Below the pieces are notes generated by a model that did not search any database, had not been told where the DNA came from, and was given only the letters and a program-made list of their open reading frames with translations. A stretch of DNA of 64,000 bases from Felis catus (lineage: Eukaryota): positions 45,820,001 to 45,884,000 of the forward strand of contig NC_058368.1 in the NCBI RefSeq assembly GCF_018350175.1, given 5' to 3'. The translations under genes and the position numbers were made by a program. How positions within the stretch are numbered: position 1 is the first letter of the stretch; every line of letters starts with the position of its first letter. Shown piece by piece: positions 61,701 to 64,000 of this stretch.

Positions 61701-62620
61701 TTATCAAATCATACAAAAATAAAATTACAAAAGGGATCAGAGACAAATATTCACAATGTATAAAAGATCATTATCTGAATTTATAAGGAACTCTTATAAT
61801 TTAAACAAAGATAGGCATTCCAATGGAAAATAAAATATATGAGTTGGCAATGAAAAATATATAAAACAAAAAAATTAATAAATATGCAAGATGTTCAGCC
61901 TCATGTTAATTAGGGAAATACAAGTTAATCACAATAAAATATTTTAGTTTCATTAATTGGTAAAAATTTAAAACTGACAATATTGTATTGACTATGTAGA
62001 ATTATAGAAAACTTTATATACTGTTGGCTTGTAGTTATAAATTGATTTTAAACACAACCTTAGTAATTAGTCTAGAAAAAGTTAGTAAAGTTTAAAATTT
62101 ATGTATTCACTACTCAGCAATTACTAGGTGTAAATACTAAGAGTAACTCTTATATACAAAGAGACATAAGAATATTCCTTGGAGAATTGCTTTTAATATC
62201 AAAATGTGGTAATACCCTAAATGTCTACAAACAGAAAATAAATGGATTGATAAATTGTGGCATATTTATACAATGAAATGCAATAGGGAAAATGAATGGC
62301 TAATGCTACATATATCAACATGATTTAATCTCACAGCTTTTTTTTTTTTTGCCAAATTAAAGTTGCAGAAAGATATATACTGTATGTTAATATTATAGAA
62401 ACATGCATATTTGGGGGCTCATGGATAGATATGTGATAAAAGTATAAAAATCTCCATGGAATTTATGAATTTCAACTTCAGAATCAAGTTTACAGCTGAA
62501 GCAAGTGGAACTGGATTGGGTTATTTTTCCCAAAAATCTTTAATTCTATCAATACTATTTTATGTTTAATCTCTACATGTGGCATTTTGGGTCTTCATTG
62601 CCTTATTGTCTATACTTTTT
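58760..62620 (+). mobile_element. Very old L1 (L1MC/L1ME-type) ORF2 and 3'UTR remnants, with an LTR-like interruption at ~60770-61400
   Basis: Degenerate ORF2 motifs 'taaatattagcaaacagaatcc', 'acagccaatataattttgaagaagaa', 'gatgttcagcctcatgttaattagggaaatacaa', 'taaatggattgataaattgtggcatatttatacaatgaaat'. Confidence 0.8.
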
Positions 62621-63099
62621 ATATGGTTTAAACTTGAATCTGAAGTTAACATAAACAGAGCTTTTCTGTTTCAATCTAATATCTGTATTAAAAAAACGGT
62701 TTTCAGAAAAATTGAAAACTCAGTCCTGCATTTTAGGGAAATTGGCCATTCAATTTTGAAAGTTAGTAGCCACCTTGCTACTTGCAAAAAACATTGGTGG
62801 CAGCTCTGTCACTCATTTGTGATGCACAGGTCCCACAGATAAAGTACAACTGCTCTGCAATGACAGCCTTCTCTGCAGGCAGCGCTGCAGATGAGTGCAA
62901 AATCCAAAATCATGAAACACTTGGGAAACATAAACTACTGCTAGTGAGAGTCAAAATGCATGAAAAAAAATGTCTGTTTCAAATATTATTTCATAGAAAT
63001 AGTGGGAAATACGTCTAAGAAAATTACCCAGAATTCAAAACATAAAAAGATATAAATATATGAAAAAGATAAAAATATGGATAAGAACAAAATAATGAT

Positions 63100-63196
63100 A
63101 TGTTTGTGTTCCTTGCTACATCCCCAGAGCTTATAACAAGGCCTAGCACAGAGGAGGATTTCAATAGTGAAAATATGAATAAAGCAATGAGTAAAT
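63100..63196 (+). mobile_element. L2 3' end
   Basis: 'ttccttgctacatccccagagcttataacaaggcctagcacagaggagga..tcaata..tgaataaagcaatga'. Confidence 0.7.
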
Positions 63197-63669
63197 CAGC
63201 TCATAAGACTTTAATTCAGAGGAGATATCTAGGCTGGAAATATAAATGTGGGATTTGTTGGACTATAAATGATATTTAAAGTGCCAACATTTATAGTCAG
63301 AGTAAAGAATGAAGAGCATGCAAAGAAGATTGAGATGAGAACAGGAAGAGTTAGGAAGAAGCTCACAAGCGTACCCTTATTATGGATTTCTCTTTCCAGA
63401 CAATAATAATGATAAATTACACACCTCAGAGCCTCCTTCCAAGAACCACATTCTCCCACCTGCCCTACACATATACATACTTTCTTAGCAGGGAAGGGTG
63501 CACTATTCTTCAACTATGATCACTAATGTGGCAAATCTTGCCACTCCCATGCTGTTATACAACTGAAACGTTGAGTTCCCTGATCACACAAGGGGAGGAG
63601 TTGATGTTTTCCCCAGTTATGGTGCTGAACTGACAGCATAGGTCTGAAAACAAACTTCTGCCATTTCAG

Positions 63670-63924
63670 GTCTTCTGTATCCCCTCCTCTAATCACACCA
63701 GCAGAAAGGCTGGTTTTTCCATCATCATGCAAGTTGAAAACCCAGAACTCAATTGTCCAGGTGCCACCACAGTCTGACATACAGACCTGACCAATTACTG
63801 TGAGATCCCTCAAGAGCATGATGGACAAGAGGAATCCCTTCTTCTTGGGTTATCCCTAGTGAATATTGTTCCACAAGGTCAGGTGTGGGAACTGACTGAG
63901 AACTTGGCCTTGTTTGCTCAGCAG
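63670..63924 (+). other. Candidate exon (255 nt) of an unidentified gene, pseudogene or lncRNA
   Basis: Acceptor aacttctgccatttcAG|G, donor CAG|GTAAGC, more GC-rich than its flanks; phase-0 frame has one TGA in 85 codons. Confidence 0.3.
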
Positions 63925-64000
63925 GTAAGCCAGACATTCTACCAAAGTATTTGAAGGAAAAATACAAAAGATGGTTTCGAAATTCTACATTTGTATGTGG

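Overview
AT-rich, CpG-poor mammalian non-coding DNA, almost certainly from a felid: the young tRNA-derived Can-SINEs carry the cat-type 'cttcagccaggtcacgatctcgcggtccgtgag' core, and the L1 ends are felid-type. Most of the window is transposable-element sequence. There are three near-full-length, decayed LINE-1s with visible target-site duplications (2655-9400 +, 10775-16325 +, 30901-38540 -), several much older L1 fragments, about 20 Can-SINEs, MaLR and ERV solo LTRs, hAT DNA-transposon fossils, MIR and L2. No intact protein-coding gene could be recognised. Nearly all listed ORFs are L1/SINE fragments, their antisense shadows or microsatellite read-through. I found no convincing novel biological system. 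The best leads are a U6 snRNA/Can-SINE-tail chimeric retrocopy, an old ~210 bp dispersed duplication, a perfect DR5 element, a degenerate TAAT-rich repeat, two AT-rich palindromes, repair-like scars inside L1s, and a few unidentified exon-like segments. Repeat family names come from recalled consensus sequences, not from a database search.
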